From: Octopus bimaculoides
Taxonomy: Eukaryota
Assembly: GCF_001194135.2 (NCBI RefSeq)
Contig: NC_068997.1
Span: 55,732,231-55,796,230, forward strand
Reading direction: 5' to 3'
Length of the DNA: 64,000 nt
The number at the start of each line of letters is the position of its first letter. The first letter of the stretch is position 1. This document shows positions 11,903-24,463 of the stretch, piece by piece. The translations under genes were made by a program, and so were the position numbers. The notes beneath the pieces are model-generated. The model made no database searches. It saw only the letters and a program-made list of their open reading frames with translations, and was not told where the DNA came from.

Positions 11903-12625
11903 TCTATTTCTCTAAGGCACATGACTGAAAACTACCACTTAGCTGTTATTTCTACATTTCCTATTTCTGCACTTCCTTGCATAGATTACTTCATTCAACT
12001 AAATTCTACATTTTAATTATATTACATCAACAACCAATGAATAAAATATATATTTATGTAGTTTTTAAATTTACTCTTCTTCTCTGTAAGAATTCTTCTA
12101 ATAATATACACGCAGCCATTTCAATACATGATACTGAACATATATTCTACAGTACACTTTCTATAACTTAAGCAGTTTGATATTTCTGTAAGTTGAAGGT
12201 ATCAGGACACAATTATTTTTTAAATCAAGAAGAAATATCAAAATTGGAGTGAGAGAAAGAGAAATCACCAGATGATACCACAATGTATTCTACTAAAATG
12301 GTTTAGTGCTTGAAGCAAGGTGTACCACCAGCAGTCTTAGCAATTTTGAGGAAACTGATTGGCTAAATCTGAAAATGATTAAAATTTTAATTAGTGATCT
12401 TAATGGAGTTATCTCTCTTCCTTCGTTTTCGGCTTTAATTATTCCCAGAGTGAGTTTGGTCAGCCAATAATAAAGATACTCTCAATGAACCAAAGTTGTT
12501 CAACTCACTAAATGTGAGATTGTGTGAGATTCTTCTGTTTTTGTATTTAGTATAGCAGACTGCTTGTTGGGTGCTTTACATCAACCCGGCAAATGTGTGT
12601 GTATCTGTGTGTGTGTGTATTTATA

Positions 12626-12717
<92 letters not shown>

Positions 12718-12810
12718 TTGGTGTCATGTTTTGCAAACAACTTGCACGTGTAAGTGCAACCAGTCGAGAACTCTGCATACCGGAGAGAATGCGTGCCATT
12801 TCAGGGCCTA

Positions 12811-12823
12811 CCTCTAGATGGCA
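12811..12823 (+). promoter_or_regulatory. CTCF-like core motif
   Basis: CCTCTAGATGGCA resembles the CCNSYAGRKGGCR core; it lies in a unique segment with 5 CpGs (12746-12835). Confidence 0.35.
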
Positions 12824-13689
12824 TCAACTTCGTCTGCTTCAGGATTCACTGTTTCCAAAAAGAACACACACAGACATGTTTCTGTGCATTTGTGTGTGTC
12901 CGCATCTCTATGTATGAAATAACTTAGCAATTCAATAAATTGAAATGAATAAAACAGGTAAAAGACTTGAGTTGTGGGGTCAAAAAGAACAAGAACACCT
13001 TAACACAACAGACACCTGATGATTACTGAAAGGTAAAACAGACAAAATATTGTGACCAAAGCAAAAAACAAAAAGATTTGGACATTGGTCTGAATTCATC
13101 AGTATATAATGATAAATATTTCAGGAAAATTGCCAAACACATATAACTGATAATCAAAAGCTTTAAATAATATCAGTTAATAATAATTACAGTTAATTAT
13201 CTAAAGTTTTTAATAACAGTAGTTTTTATTGACACAGACATCAATTAATTATACTAAATTTGAATTTAAAAATGCAGAAAATGATATTTATTCTGGGCAA
13301 CTCAATTGAACTTGAGTGGCAGGAATTGGATATTTGATGCAATGATTAATGAAAATTTCAAAAAATATAGACATCAAAGGATTACAAGTCAAATTTTAAT
13401 ATAAAGTAATTAACACAAAATAATTAGTATATAAAGGAAATTTTAATTGCAACTAACCTATATATTGCAATAAAAACTGAATGAAAAGTTGAATTATTAA
13501 TGTGTTAAGTAGTAAATATATTTAAATAACATAGATCTATGGAAAAAGTTCCATTTAGTTACCTATTCATAAACTAATAGTTTTATGCTAAAATTTATGT
13601 ATGTAAATTACCTTAATCTTCAAAACTTAGAAATATTCTCAGCAGGTTTAATTAAAATAGGAGATTTTGTTATTAGTGTTGTTGTTGTA

Positions 13690-14115
13690 AGTTAGTGAAT
13701 CAATAGAATTATTGGAACGTTTGATAAAACATTTTGTGGTACTTCATTTATCTTTTTCACTTTCTGAGTTCAAATTCTCTTGTGGTCAACTTTGACTTTT
13801 GTCCTTGGAGGAATGAAAACAAATAAAATGCCAGCACAAGAAAGTGAGTAAGTAAAATTTGTTAATGGTATAGACAAAATGCTCTGTATTACTTGTTCTG
13901 ACTCTAGCTGGCAGGATTGTTACAATGCCAGACAAAATGCTTAGTGGTGTTTCATGTCTTTACATTCTGAGTTCAAATTCCACTAAGGCAAACTTTGCCT
14001 CTCTATCTCCGTAAGGTAATTAAAATAAATACCAGTTGAATACTTGGATTGATATAATCAAGAATTCTGCTTCTTGAAAATTTCAGGCCTTGTAACTATA
14101 ATGGAAATGATTATT
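13690..14115 (+). mobile_element. Tandem SINE family C copies (heads at about 13690, 13845 and 13904)
   Basis: GCTGGCAGGATTGTTACAATGCCAGACAAAATGCTTAGTGG...TCTGAGTTCAAATTCC (B-box-like)...AATTTCAGGCCTTGT...GATTATT. Confidence 0.8.
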
Positions 14116-15339
14116 TGGTTCAACTTTGATTATCCAAGCAAGTGTGGTACATTTGTTTGTATCTTATAAACAAGATGGTAGCTTATGAATAAATAACCAA
14201 TAACAGAGAGCCATCTTTGCATTCTTCCATGTAAACTCCATGACAAAATCTTTATATTTTTCAAGAAAGTGACTAAGAGATTATTTACTGACATGATGCC
14301 AAAAGAGATTGTTTTGGTTATTGGTTAGTTAGAAGTCAATCAGACTTATGCCCAACGGCATTTCAGCACACATATATATACATCGATGTATACATATGTA
14401 TATGTATACACATATATATATACATCGATGTATACATATGTATATGTATACACATGCACATATAAGTACATATATACACATGTGTATCTAAATACACACA
14501 CATGGATGGATGGATAGACAGACAGACAGACAGACAGACAGGTAGGTAGGTAGGTAGGTATCCAAATAAGCATATCATTGCTGATGTTTATTGGGGAAGG
14601 ATATAAACATCAGTGAGAAGTCAAAGAAAGATTGTACTCACTTTGTACTTTTGATGTCTAAATGCAAAAAAACAAAAAAAAAAAACAAAGAAAAAACAAT
14701 TGACCGATTGGAAACCTGTAACTAACGAAGATCACAATGTAGAAATAAATAAATACTTATTTTAACTTTAACTTTTACCCTTGAGCAAGATTTATCCTTC
14801 TGGATTACTGTAAAGTGTGGTATTGTTTCTGAATATTGTTTTGAAGTTATATTATCCAAAGAGTCTATCTACGTTCAATGCTAGATTACTGAATGCAACA
14901 TCTCACTGGGTATAAGATTCTTTACTTCTCATCCTTGTCAAAAAAGATGCTGGGATCACATAATACAATGGAAGCTTCATCCTCGGGAATGCATTATTCA
15001 CAAAATACATTTGTTGGCTGAAAGCAACTTTACAAATGCAACTAAATTTTTTTTTCCTGATGTTTTAAGTAATTTTTATTATTAATATTAGTTCAAACTT
15101 TTTAATCTTGCAATACGGATATCTTTTAATACAACTTTACTCTCCTACCTAAACAAATGTTTATTAATTTCTGTTTGGAAAACGGAGGATTTCTAACAAC
15201 ATATTTTTCCATGCAGTTGAGAGATATCCTGCTCCATTCATCCTTTTCTTCTTCACACACACAACAGGTTTCCCTCCTTATACAACATCACCATCTGACT
15301 TCACCTTTACATTACCTAGGGTATGACAGTGTTTGCTTT

Positions 15340-15440
15340 GAAACCAAGTGGTTTCAAGTTCAGTCTCACTGCATGGCACCTTAAACAAGTGTTTTTCTAC
15401 TCAGCAGCGCTGGACTGACCAATGGGGATGGAAACTGAAT
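15340..15440 (+). mobile_element. SINE A head fragment
   Basis: AAGTTCAGTCTCACTGCATGGCACCTTAAACAAGTGTTTTTCTACT. Confidence 0.75.
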
Positions 15441-15603
15441 CTTATTGTGTATCATGTGTGTGTGTGTGTGTAAGTGAACTCATATTTTTACTTGTCACCA
15501 CGTATGTTTCCATGATTCTATTGTTGTAAACAATGATATAGTCATTAACATACAGTCCACTAGAAAAGCTCATCCAGGCTTCTAGACATATTACTGCTGC
15601 TGT

Positions 15604-15643
<40 letters not shown>

Positions 15644-15925
15644 GACAATGACGATGATGAGATCAGAAACAAATAATGATAAGATTAATAACAATATTAA
15701 TGATTGACTGCCATATTGGTAACGAATTAATGATGAAGCAATGATAATAATGATGATAAATCTAAAGAAAGAAAATTACTTTAGCATTTTGTGAAACCCT
15801 GTTTGTAGAAACCACATCAGAAGTGAAGAACAACCCTATATGGAAATTTCAAGGAACACATCTGATATGAAGGAGATCCCAAACCCTGAATTTTGCTTCA
15901 TTTCTTCTTGGATTATGGATGGCTT

Positions 15926-15990
<65 letters not shown>

Positions 15991-16464
15991 ACACTGAATG
16001 CAGGAAGCAAAACACCAAAATGGATGCAATTTGATTTTCATATTGTCAACTTGGCAAGACTGAATCAAAGAATTAGAAATGATTACCAGTAAAAGAAATA
16101 AATCTCGGGGTTCATTGTAGGTTGAGGGCACAGGAAATATTGCTAAGATATCAGATGGCATCAAAAAGGCAGCTAGAATATTGAATACCATATTTGAATG
16201 CTTGAATCAGAACGTCAATATCGTCACAATAGAAATGATGATAACCAATTACAAAAGTGAAGAAGGCATTTTGAAAGCTTCTGCTATAAGCAATGTTAAT
16301 ATATTCAAGTCTGTGTGATGTCAATTTCACTGTGGCCAACCTGGATGAAGACAATCAGAAATTCAATACAAAATAAATTCAGCTAACTTCACATTTGAAC
16401 TACATAAATGTCTTCTTTAAAATTCATACAAATCTAAAGATATCTCATTTTCTTCATTGTTGTA

Positions 16465-16670
16465 TTATTTAGCCCCAGGTCAGGCCTGATGGCTAGATCT
16501 ATGATTAGAAATATTCCAACAGTGAATATCTCATATTTCTTCAAGTATAGTGTATCTAGGACTACATTATACAATAAGTCCTTCCTTTTATATTAAGACT
16601 GTAGGCTGTGATTTCAGGAAGATTTTTCTGCTGTTACTAGCATATCAAGCAACCAGACAGAGGCTCTGTC
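16465..16670 (+). mobile_element. Unclassified interspersed repeat family E (orientation arbitrary)
   Basis: TTTAGCCCCAGGTCAGGCCTGAT...GTATCTAGGACTACATTAT...GTCCTTCCTTTT...GTGATTTCAGGAAGATTT. Related segments at 49778-50005, 62150-62715 and inverted at 43010-43066. Confidence 0.55.
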
Positions 16671-16979
16671 CATGACAGGTGTTTCTTTATAATGGCCATT
16701 GTATGATTGTCGGGAATTAACAAATATAGCTGCCAGTGCTTCTCTGCAACAAAAGAGATTTAGGAGACCAGGATTGTTGCCTTATGTCAGGAGAAATAAA
16801 ATCTTGTTCGATTTGTTCAAATTTACTTTGAAAATAATGATTTTGATTAGAAAATCTTCAGTGAATATTTAAACGGATGATGTATCAAGATTAAAAAAAA
16901 ACCCAACTCTCTCTCTCTCACTCACACACACACACATAAAAATATACATACATGCATATATGTGTGTGTGTGTGTGCAT

Positions 16980-17089
16980 GTAGGCATGCTACATGATTAA
17001 GAAGTTTACTTCCCGACCACATTGTTTTCGATTCAGTCATATTTTCAGTATTTACCAATATGATTTAGCAGCCAGATACTGAAAGAAAC

Positions 17090-17120
<31 letters not shown>

Positions 17121-17200
17121 CTGAATGTGTGGACATGTGTGTGTCTGTATGTATGTGCATGTGTGTGTCTCCTTGTCTTGACTGTAAAAAGACTGTTGTA
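16980..17200 (+). mobile_element. SINE A head, (TG)n and the start of tail A2, cut by a mariner
   Basis: GATTAAGAAGTTTACTTCCCGACCACATTG, then GTCTCCTTGTCTTGAC after the (TG)n. Confidence 0.65.
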
Positions 17201-17208
17201 TTTATATA

Positions 17209-17660
17209 TTGTGCTGAGTAAAGTTTCACAGTATTTGCTTCATTCATCAAGTTGCAACCAAAGCAGCCTAACACTCAAAGAAGAGGCCATTCTGCTGCCC
17301 TGTCCGAAGCCACCTTTTCTGCCAGTTCTTTGAGCCCACACTGATACCAGTTCTTGTCTTCCAAAGTTCCAAAGTGAAAATCCTTCACTGAAGCTTCCAC
17401 CTCTTCTTGGTTGAGAAAGCATTGCAAGTGCCAGAATGGAACAAGTAATAACATGAGGGAAATATTTTTCTGAAATCCTAACTCGCATAAGCAGTGACTG
17501 AGCAAAGGCCAGCTTCTGGAAACTGTTGCCAAACCTGGGTGTTTCGAACACAAGGTGAAGCTCTGAGTCTGGCGGAATTATGAGGGGATAATTCACCATG
17601 AGGTTGATCTGGTTGGTTGATCAATTGATGACAACCTGTACTCCGAAGAGCTGGAGTGGA
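17209..17660 (-). mobile_element. Mariner 3' half
   Basis: TA plus TIR-like TTGTGCTGAGTAAAGTTTCACAGTATTTG at 17207. Minus-strand peptides HGELSPHNSARL and CFLNQEEVEASVKDF...KDKNWYQ-like...GLKELAE match a mariner C-terminus. Confidence 0.85.
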
Positions 17661-17679
17661 TGTGTGCCATGTGTGCCGT

Positions 17680-17998
17680 TGTACTGTAAAAAATACCTGG
17701 CATTGGTTAACAGAAAGTGAGCTGTTCTGTGGTAAGACAATGGAAGATCTCACGTCACTGAAACGACCAAGAATAAACTCCAGGAATTTGGAGGGAATTG
17801 AACTGATGCCAGCATATAGTCCAGATCCAGTTCCCTGTGGCTTTTGATTGTTCTTGAGACTGTAGGAGAACCTGGGAGACAGTTGTTCTGAAGATGGAAG
17901 AGGCTGTGACAGATGTTCTGGACACCTTCACTCCTTTCAAATTAATAAATGTCTATTTCTCCTGAAAAGAAGTCTGAAAACTTCTGGAATGCATCTTG
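17680..17998 (+). mobile_element. 3' half of a second mariner family
   Basis: Peptides DNGRSHVTETTKNKLQEF and ELMPAYSPDPVPCGF*LF (the HPPYSPDLAPCDF motif) and MEEAVTDVLDTFT; TIR-like end AGAAGTCTGAAAACTTCTGGAATGCATCTTG. Confidence 0.85.
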
Positions 17999-19639
17999 AA
18001 CACACACACACACACACACGCATCATGTTATGGATTCTGTTTCTTAATACCTTTCCTGCTGATATTTCTGTTTTTAATATTGATTTCAGTTTTAATGGAA
18101 ATATTGTTGATTTATTTATTCCTTGCTATTTCAGTAATGAGAGCAATAAATGTCAATAGACAAGCGATTAATCATGTGTGGATAATCCGATACCAAACCT
18201 GAAGATGCATCAAGCCTAACAGTACATGTAATACATTAAGACTAGCTTACAAAATAATCATGTAAGTATTATATAACAATAAAAGGAAACCAAAAAAAAA
18301 AGTGGTCGTCCTATATTCCAAATTATAAATCACCAGGATGTATTAAATGATATTTAAATCCAAACTTGTCTTTGTAAAACTTGTTAAGTTTTAATCATTA
18401 TAATTATAATGATTAGTCTTTTAACATAGAAATAAATATGCAGTCAGGGAACTGTAAAGAATATCAGTCAATGACTAATGCTTCAGGCAAAAATGGGAAA
18501 TAATATCAGGCATGTTTCAATTTTATTCTGATCTCCTTAGTGAAGTTTCTGTTCTTTGGAGCTGGTTTGTCTCACACCAACACCTTTCACCCCACTCATT
18601 CTTTCACCTTTCATCACCTTTGTTGCATCCACTGCCACTCTTTAGCACCACACTAACCATATACACAATCCTTTCTCCCCAGAATATAGGCTATCCGGAA
18701 TCTCCTCCCTGCTCATGTCTTTCTTGAAGCTGTTGACTTGCAACAGGTTAAACAGAACAGTAACAGCATCAAATTTCCTACTACCAGAAGGCCTTCAAAG
18801 ATTATGGAGCACTGTCCCTTCCACTAGAGTCAGCAAACCAAAAAATATAAAAACAATTACCCTGTTATAATTACCAAAGTAATGACTGACTGAGAAAATG
18901 CATCAAATTTTACATTCATCGGTGTAGGAAAATAAAAGTTCTTAACAGATTCAATATAACAGAGACACTACGAAGAAGTCAGTCTTTGATGTAACATTGA
19001 CCTGTTAGATTTAAATCGGAAAATTTCATCTCACTCCATCATTTGGTAATTATAACAGCTGACAGTAGTGACAACATGACAGTTATGAACATAATAGCAT
19101 CTTATAATGAGCTAATTGTATAATTTAATTGATGACACCTATTTGAACCAGTCTTAAAGCTTTGAAAATTCGCTTCTTTGAGTTATGATGGAATAAGCTG
19201 TGTAGAATTCCCAATCCCATCACTTTGACTTGCAGACTTTATGTATGACCTTTGTATCAATCGTATTATAGATCTATAAATTGACACATTAGGTGCCACA
19301 ATAAAACTTCCATCACTGTTACAGCAACCTCCATTTCCCCAAGCAATTCTTGAACAAACAGTCTCCTTATTCTTTTCTTTTATCTGTTTTAAAAGGTTAC
19401 ATGTTAATAAGAACCAGATATTTTACATATAAGAAACAGAGAATCATTTGTAATATGGAATGCTATCCAAAGATAGCAAATTACAAAGGTCTTATTTATT
19501 AAGATATCAAATATAATTCTGACTTGACTTAGGAAGACAAAATCATTATATACCATTAGAGACAGTAATAACCAATTAGTTAAATCAATAGATATTCTTA
19601 TCATGGTATCAACCAGACTGTCAGATATGGTTATATACT

Positions 19640-19850
19640 GCTGGTCACAATGCACTTCCAATTCCTTTTTGATTGCACCATTCTTTTCCACTTTCACCTA
19701 AATTGTTTAATTAAATTGTCATTCCATCATTTTGGAAGCCTTCTATGTAGCCATGGATACCACTCTGCAGGATTCCACCTGTTATCAGTGAATCTTGTGA
19801 CATGTCCAGCCAGTGGAACTTTCTATATGCTTTCAATATTCTGCAATCAC
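19640..19850 (-). mobile_element. RTE-clade LINE C-terminal remnant
   Basis: Minus frame AGHVTRFTDNRWNPAEWYPWLHRRLPK*WND...KWKRMVQSKRNWK is typical of RTE ORF ends. Confidence 0.7.
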
Positions 19851-19924
19851 TAATAACTACTTTCAAAAGAGAAATCATTGGATTTTATTGTAAATACAAA
19901 CTCTTCTAAAGTTACTCAAGGGCA

Positions 19925-20030
19925 ACAATTTAGTTCCACTTACTAAATTTCTTGGCAAGATTTTGGTCAAGCCAAGGCTATAACAGAGGATATTTGCACA
20001 AGTAGGCACAACATGAAATTCTATCGGGTG
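19925..20030 (-). mobile_element. Decayed SINE A-like head
   Basis: TTTGGTCAAGCCAAGGCTATAACAGAGGATATTTGCACAAG is a diverged reverse complement of the family A body. Confidence 0.5.
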
Positions 20031-20689
20031 AAATCTGTCTTGTCCATTCATTTCATGTCACACAGAAATCAAAAAACATGGAATCAATAGCGAAATATGT
20101 TTTGCATTATGGAACACCAAGCTACAGCAAGATTTTGGGGGAACATCATGCTTCCATATTGCAGAGGATATCTGAAGAAAGAATTCAAGATTTCAGAGCA
20201 GCTTGAGCTTCTACCTTTTGTCATGGTTCCCTTGACCACCTCCTCCTCCTCCTCCTCTGCCGCTGCTCAGGGTCAATAAAGCAAAACACAAGTCAAGTGC
20301 CACATGGTATCTACTAAGTCCCTTTCCTCAAAAGTGCAAGCCTTATTCCTACACGAGGAACCATTAAATGTCTTGGAATATTTCGCAGGCATCAAAGAAT
20401 GATGTGTCTACTCAGGTCGCTGGCTGGAGTGATTAAATTCTACACTGTATTTCACACTGATAGAAGAGTTGATAGTTATTCCTCAGTTATGTAATGTAGC
20501 ACCACAGTTGGCCATTTAATAAAGGTATTGATCTGGTTTTCTAAGCAGTGAAATGTTTTCCAAATAAATTCAGGCCTTTCAATGTGAGCTACAACTGATG
20601 GGAATATTTATATCTGTTTATTTTTGAATTTGTCTTACAGGCAACAGAATGTGTGTGAATGAGACAGGGGAAGGGGGGAAGAAGAAAGA

Positions 20690-20775
20690 AAGAGATAGAG
20701 ATAGAGAAAGAAAGAAAGAAAGGAAAAGAAAGAAAGAAAGGAAAAGAAAGAAAGAAAGAAAGAAAGAAAGACAGA
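20690..20775. repeat. (GAAA)n purine microsatellite
   Basis: Seen directly. Confidence 0.95.
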
Positions 20776-21334
20776 AAAGTGGGATGTGTTTGATTATTAC
20801 TGAAGAATCAGAAACTTCACCATTTATTACAAAATTGGTGCTGCAGGTGTAATTCTATATTTATGGAGAAAGGCTGACACATACACAGACACAGAGAGAG
20901 AGAGAGGGAGGGAGAGAGAGAGAGAGAGAGGGGGGATGAGCTGAGGAAGTTTACAAATATGACAGNNNNNNNNNNNNNNNNNNNNNNNNNNNNNNNNGAG
21001 AGAGAGAGGGAGAGAGAGAGAGAGAGAGAGAGGGGGGATGAGCTGAGGAAGTTTACAAATATGACAGGATTTTGTTCTCCTGTACACATTTACATTTACT
21101 GCTGTATATATACCTGCATATAAACAGATATTACTTTACATAGATATACAGAGACACACACACAAATGTACATATCTACCAAGTTCCTTATGACTACCAT
21201 CCACTACCATGGAAAGCATTTGGTTGTTGACTATATACAAACAATGCTCAGTTTTTGTCAATTCAAGAAGAAAAATGTGGAAATTCATGCAAGCTGCTAA
21301 ATATAAGAGACTCCACAGCAGAAGTGTTAAGACC

Positions 21335-21410
21335 ACCCCCACTGGTGGAGAGGATTGGCCTGCAAGAATTCTGTGCCAGTACCATGTAAAAGCACCCACA
21401 ATACTCTGTA
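21335..21410 (+). mobile_element. Family D fragment
   Basis: GTGCCAGTACCATGTAAAAGCACCCACAATACTCT matches the reverse complement of 4695-4730. Confidence 0.7.
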
Positions 21411-22355
21411 CACTATACACCTTTTTAATAAAAATAAGGCTACAGTCTTCAGTACAAGAATGTTGGGTCTAAGAACTGTTCTCAGAGACATAAATATTAT
21501 CCCCAACAAAGAAGGTGTTGCATCAAGATATTTAAGATTTCCTCTCAGGTTATGAATTAACCAAATTCTTACTGAGCATTTATTTATTCGTTTCTTTTTC
21601 CAAAACCAAAATTTGTCATGTTCCAATGCTGTTATCTGCGAATGATGACCTTAATATGCTCCATACTGTTATTATCTCCAATATCTGAAGGCTGTTTTAT
21701 AAAGATAAAATGTTATGTATGTCATTCCATAAAAATGATAAGGATGCATTTAGGCCCACATTACACATAAATGAAACCTTTAATATTTAAGTAATTTGCA
21801 TAAACCTTTTACTTAAATTGTAGTGAAATGCATATGAAGAAACCGCAATCTATTCTCATAAAGTCGGCTGATAATGTAACACTTAGCACATTATCTGATT
21901 CACATAAGATAATCGGTGTGCTGAAGCAATCTTTCACACTGAGCAATATTGAATATTTTAATCATACTCTCAAAGAAATGAGGTGCAAATTGTAAACTAT
22001 TGTGATCACTCTGTTTAAGAATAAAGTTGTAGAGTGCAACTCTACACAACTAGAATTACAATTCACAGAAACATGATTTCAATTCAGCTTGGAAAATGGC
22101 AGAATAGGGATAAGCTAATACAAAAGAAATGCTGGGTTTATCAAAAGATAAAATATTTTCTGTGTTGTTTCAAAACAGCAATTACTTGATTAAACTCTAC
22201 AAGAGGAATGGCAAAATGAATTGAACAAAAGAAGCAGATTATATATTATAGATGAATGTGTGTGTGTGTGTGTGTGTGAGCACATGTATGAGCATATATA
22301 TGTATTTTTGTGTGTCTATGTACATATATGTGTGTATATATATATNNNNNNNNNN

Positions 22356-22397
<42 letters not shown>

Positions 22398-23299
22398 TGT
22401 ATATAAAGAGAGAGAGAGAGAGAGAGAGAGAAAGTAAAAGATGAGATCCAGGATTCTCAATATAGAAAACAGTAGCACTCAAATGATTTGAACATACAAT
22501 GTGAAACCATTATTGAGGACCAGGTCCATGGGGTAAAGAGGGGGCTATAAGAGGTATCCAAGTGGGCAGATATGGAGATAATGATGCAAAATAAATAAAT
22601 AAAACTGCTTGGGTTTAATATACAAAATATATATACATGCATGTGTTGTAATAGGGAGAAAGTAACAACTAAAAATGTTCAGCTGATGAATATTCAAGTA
22701 GAAATATTCAAGATAATTATATATTAATGGAGCAAACTTACACAGTACAAAGAGTGAGAATTAAAGGGGAGAAGGAGTTACAAATCCGACAGCTGTTTCT
22801 GGGGCATCAGAGTTACTTCATAATGTTGACGAGTGTAGTTCAGAAAAATATGCAACCTGTAGTGGAAGCAAATAGACATTTGATAGATCCATCCTCATCC
22901 TCTGGCCTCAGGGTGGAGAGATGAAAATCCACCCGGAAGATATGGGCCAGATCTACCCAATGTTAATATACACATGAAGAATTCTTCTTCTAGTCTTAAA
23001 TAGAATCTCATCATGTTCTTACAAAATAGATAGAATTCTGTGTTGGCATCCCTAATTTTGGTTTCAAGGCTGAATTTGTATTTAAATATTTCCCTGAAAT
23101 CAAATTTTAAGCCAAATATTTGATTGATCAGGAAACTAGAATTGTCAAATCATAATGTTACTTTCTTTAATTAATATCTTTCCCTGCTTTGTACAGACAT
23201 TCCTCCTCCTCCTCCTCCATTCACTTTCCCTCCTCATCATCAGCCTCCTTATAGGAAGGCAGATCATAATAGATGAAATCTTATACATTATTCTATACA

Positions 23300-23830
23300 A
23301 AAGATGAAGATGTGTTCATTGACAGCAGATTCAATGATTGTACTATGCTTTGATTTAAGCCAAGACACTTCATATAGATTCTCTGTTAGCCTCAATGCAA
23401 CTACAAGGAATCAAGGTTATTTCCCTGGACAATTTCATCTATTTATCATTTCACAAAGAGCAAACAAACAAAAGTTTATAATCTCATACATTGGCTTCAT
23501 AGACGACCGATTGAAAAACAATTTTTACCAACATACCCCCTCCTACAAGAATTACTCCCGGAAGTCAATTTCTAAAGTAATGGTACAAAAGAGAACAAGA
23601 GATGGTATACCATAGTAGCATTCTAAATACTTCATGTAGTTGCAGCATGGAGGAAACACATGCAACCTTTGGTTTGATGAGAAATTCCTCAAGTTGGACC
23701 GGTAACCATCTACCCTAAAAACAAAATATCTGAGTTAATATCTACTGGCAATCCTAAGAACTTTTTATTGGTGCATTAGAAATATTTGCTAGAAATAGAA
23801 GACTAGTCTCCTTCATATTATACCCTTGCA
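23300..23830 (+). mobile_element. Highly decayed LINE (probably RTE) RT C-terminal region
   Basis: Broken peptides QLQGIKVISLDNFIYL, SSWT and FYWCIRNIC resemble RT domain-7 and post-RT motifs; many stops. Confidence 0.35.
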
Positions 23831-24410
23831 CCTTGCAATGGGAAGGTTGCATTGGATAATGCAGTGCCAGATGTGCAACATACAAAAATGGAATTAGTTT
23901 GGCTAGTACACAATTCCTCATTGGTTTATTCAGCCCAGACTGACCAAAAGCTACACTTAGTCTGATGGTGCTGCATAATATTAACAAAACAGAGAAGCCA
24001 ATCAGTCAATTAACATTCGCCATTAATTAAAAAAAACACTTGACACAATATCAAGCTCAATATTTTGATGGTGATTACTTAAATGAAAACTCCCTCCCCC
24101 ACTCCCTTCTCAACTCCTCCCTCTCATCAAATGGACCATTAAAAAGTACAAAGGACTGAACATAAAAAACAAAATTATTGAACAGATGTTTGAGTCATAT
24201 ATTTAAATGTAATATACGCACACATTCATATATATACATATACACACATATGCATATGTGTGCATATATATATATGTATATATGTATATGAATGTTTATG
24301 TATGTGTGTGTATATACATATATATGTGTGTGTATATGTTTATGTGTGTGTATAAATACATATATATATATATATATGTATATGTGTGTGTATATAAACA
24401 CACACACACA

Positions 24411-24463
<53 letters not shown>

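Noticed and set aside
14370-14455. 42-bp direct duplication containing the palindrome TACATCGATGTA
   Set aside because: Slippage inside a TA/CA low-complexity tract with no independent sign of function.
20890-21066. Exact duplication of about 65 bp on both sides of the gap at 20966-20997
   Set aside because: Typical unmerged contig overlap at a (GA)n tract; most likely an assembly artefact.
23304-23615. 103-aa plus-strand ORF
   Set aside because: It overlaps a probable decayed LINE in another frame and has no recognisable domain.
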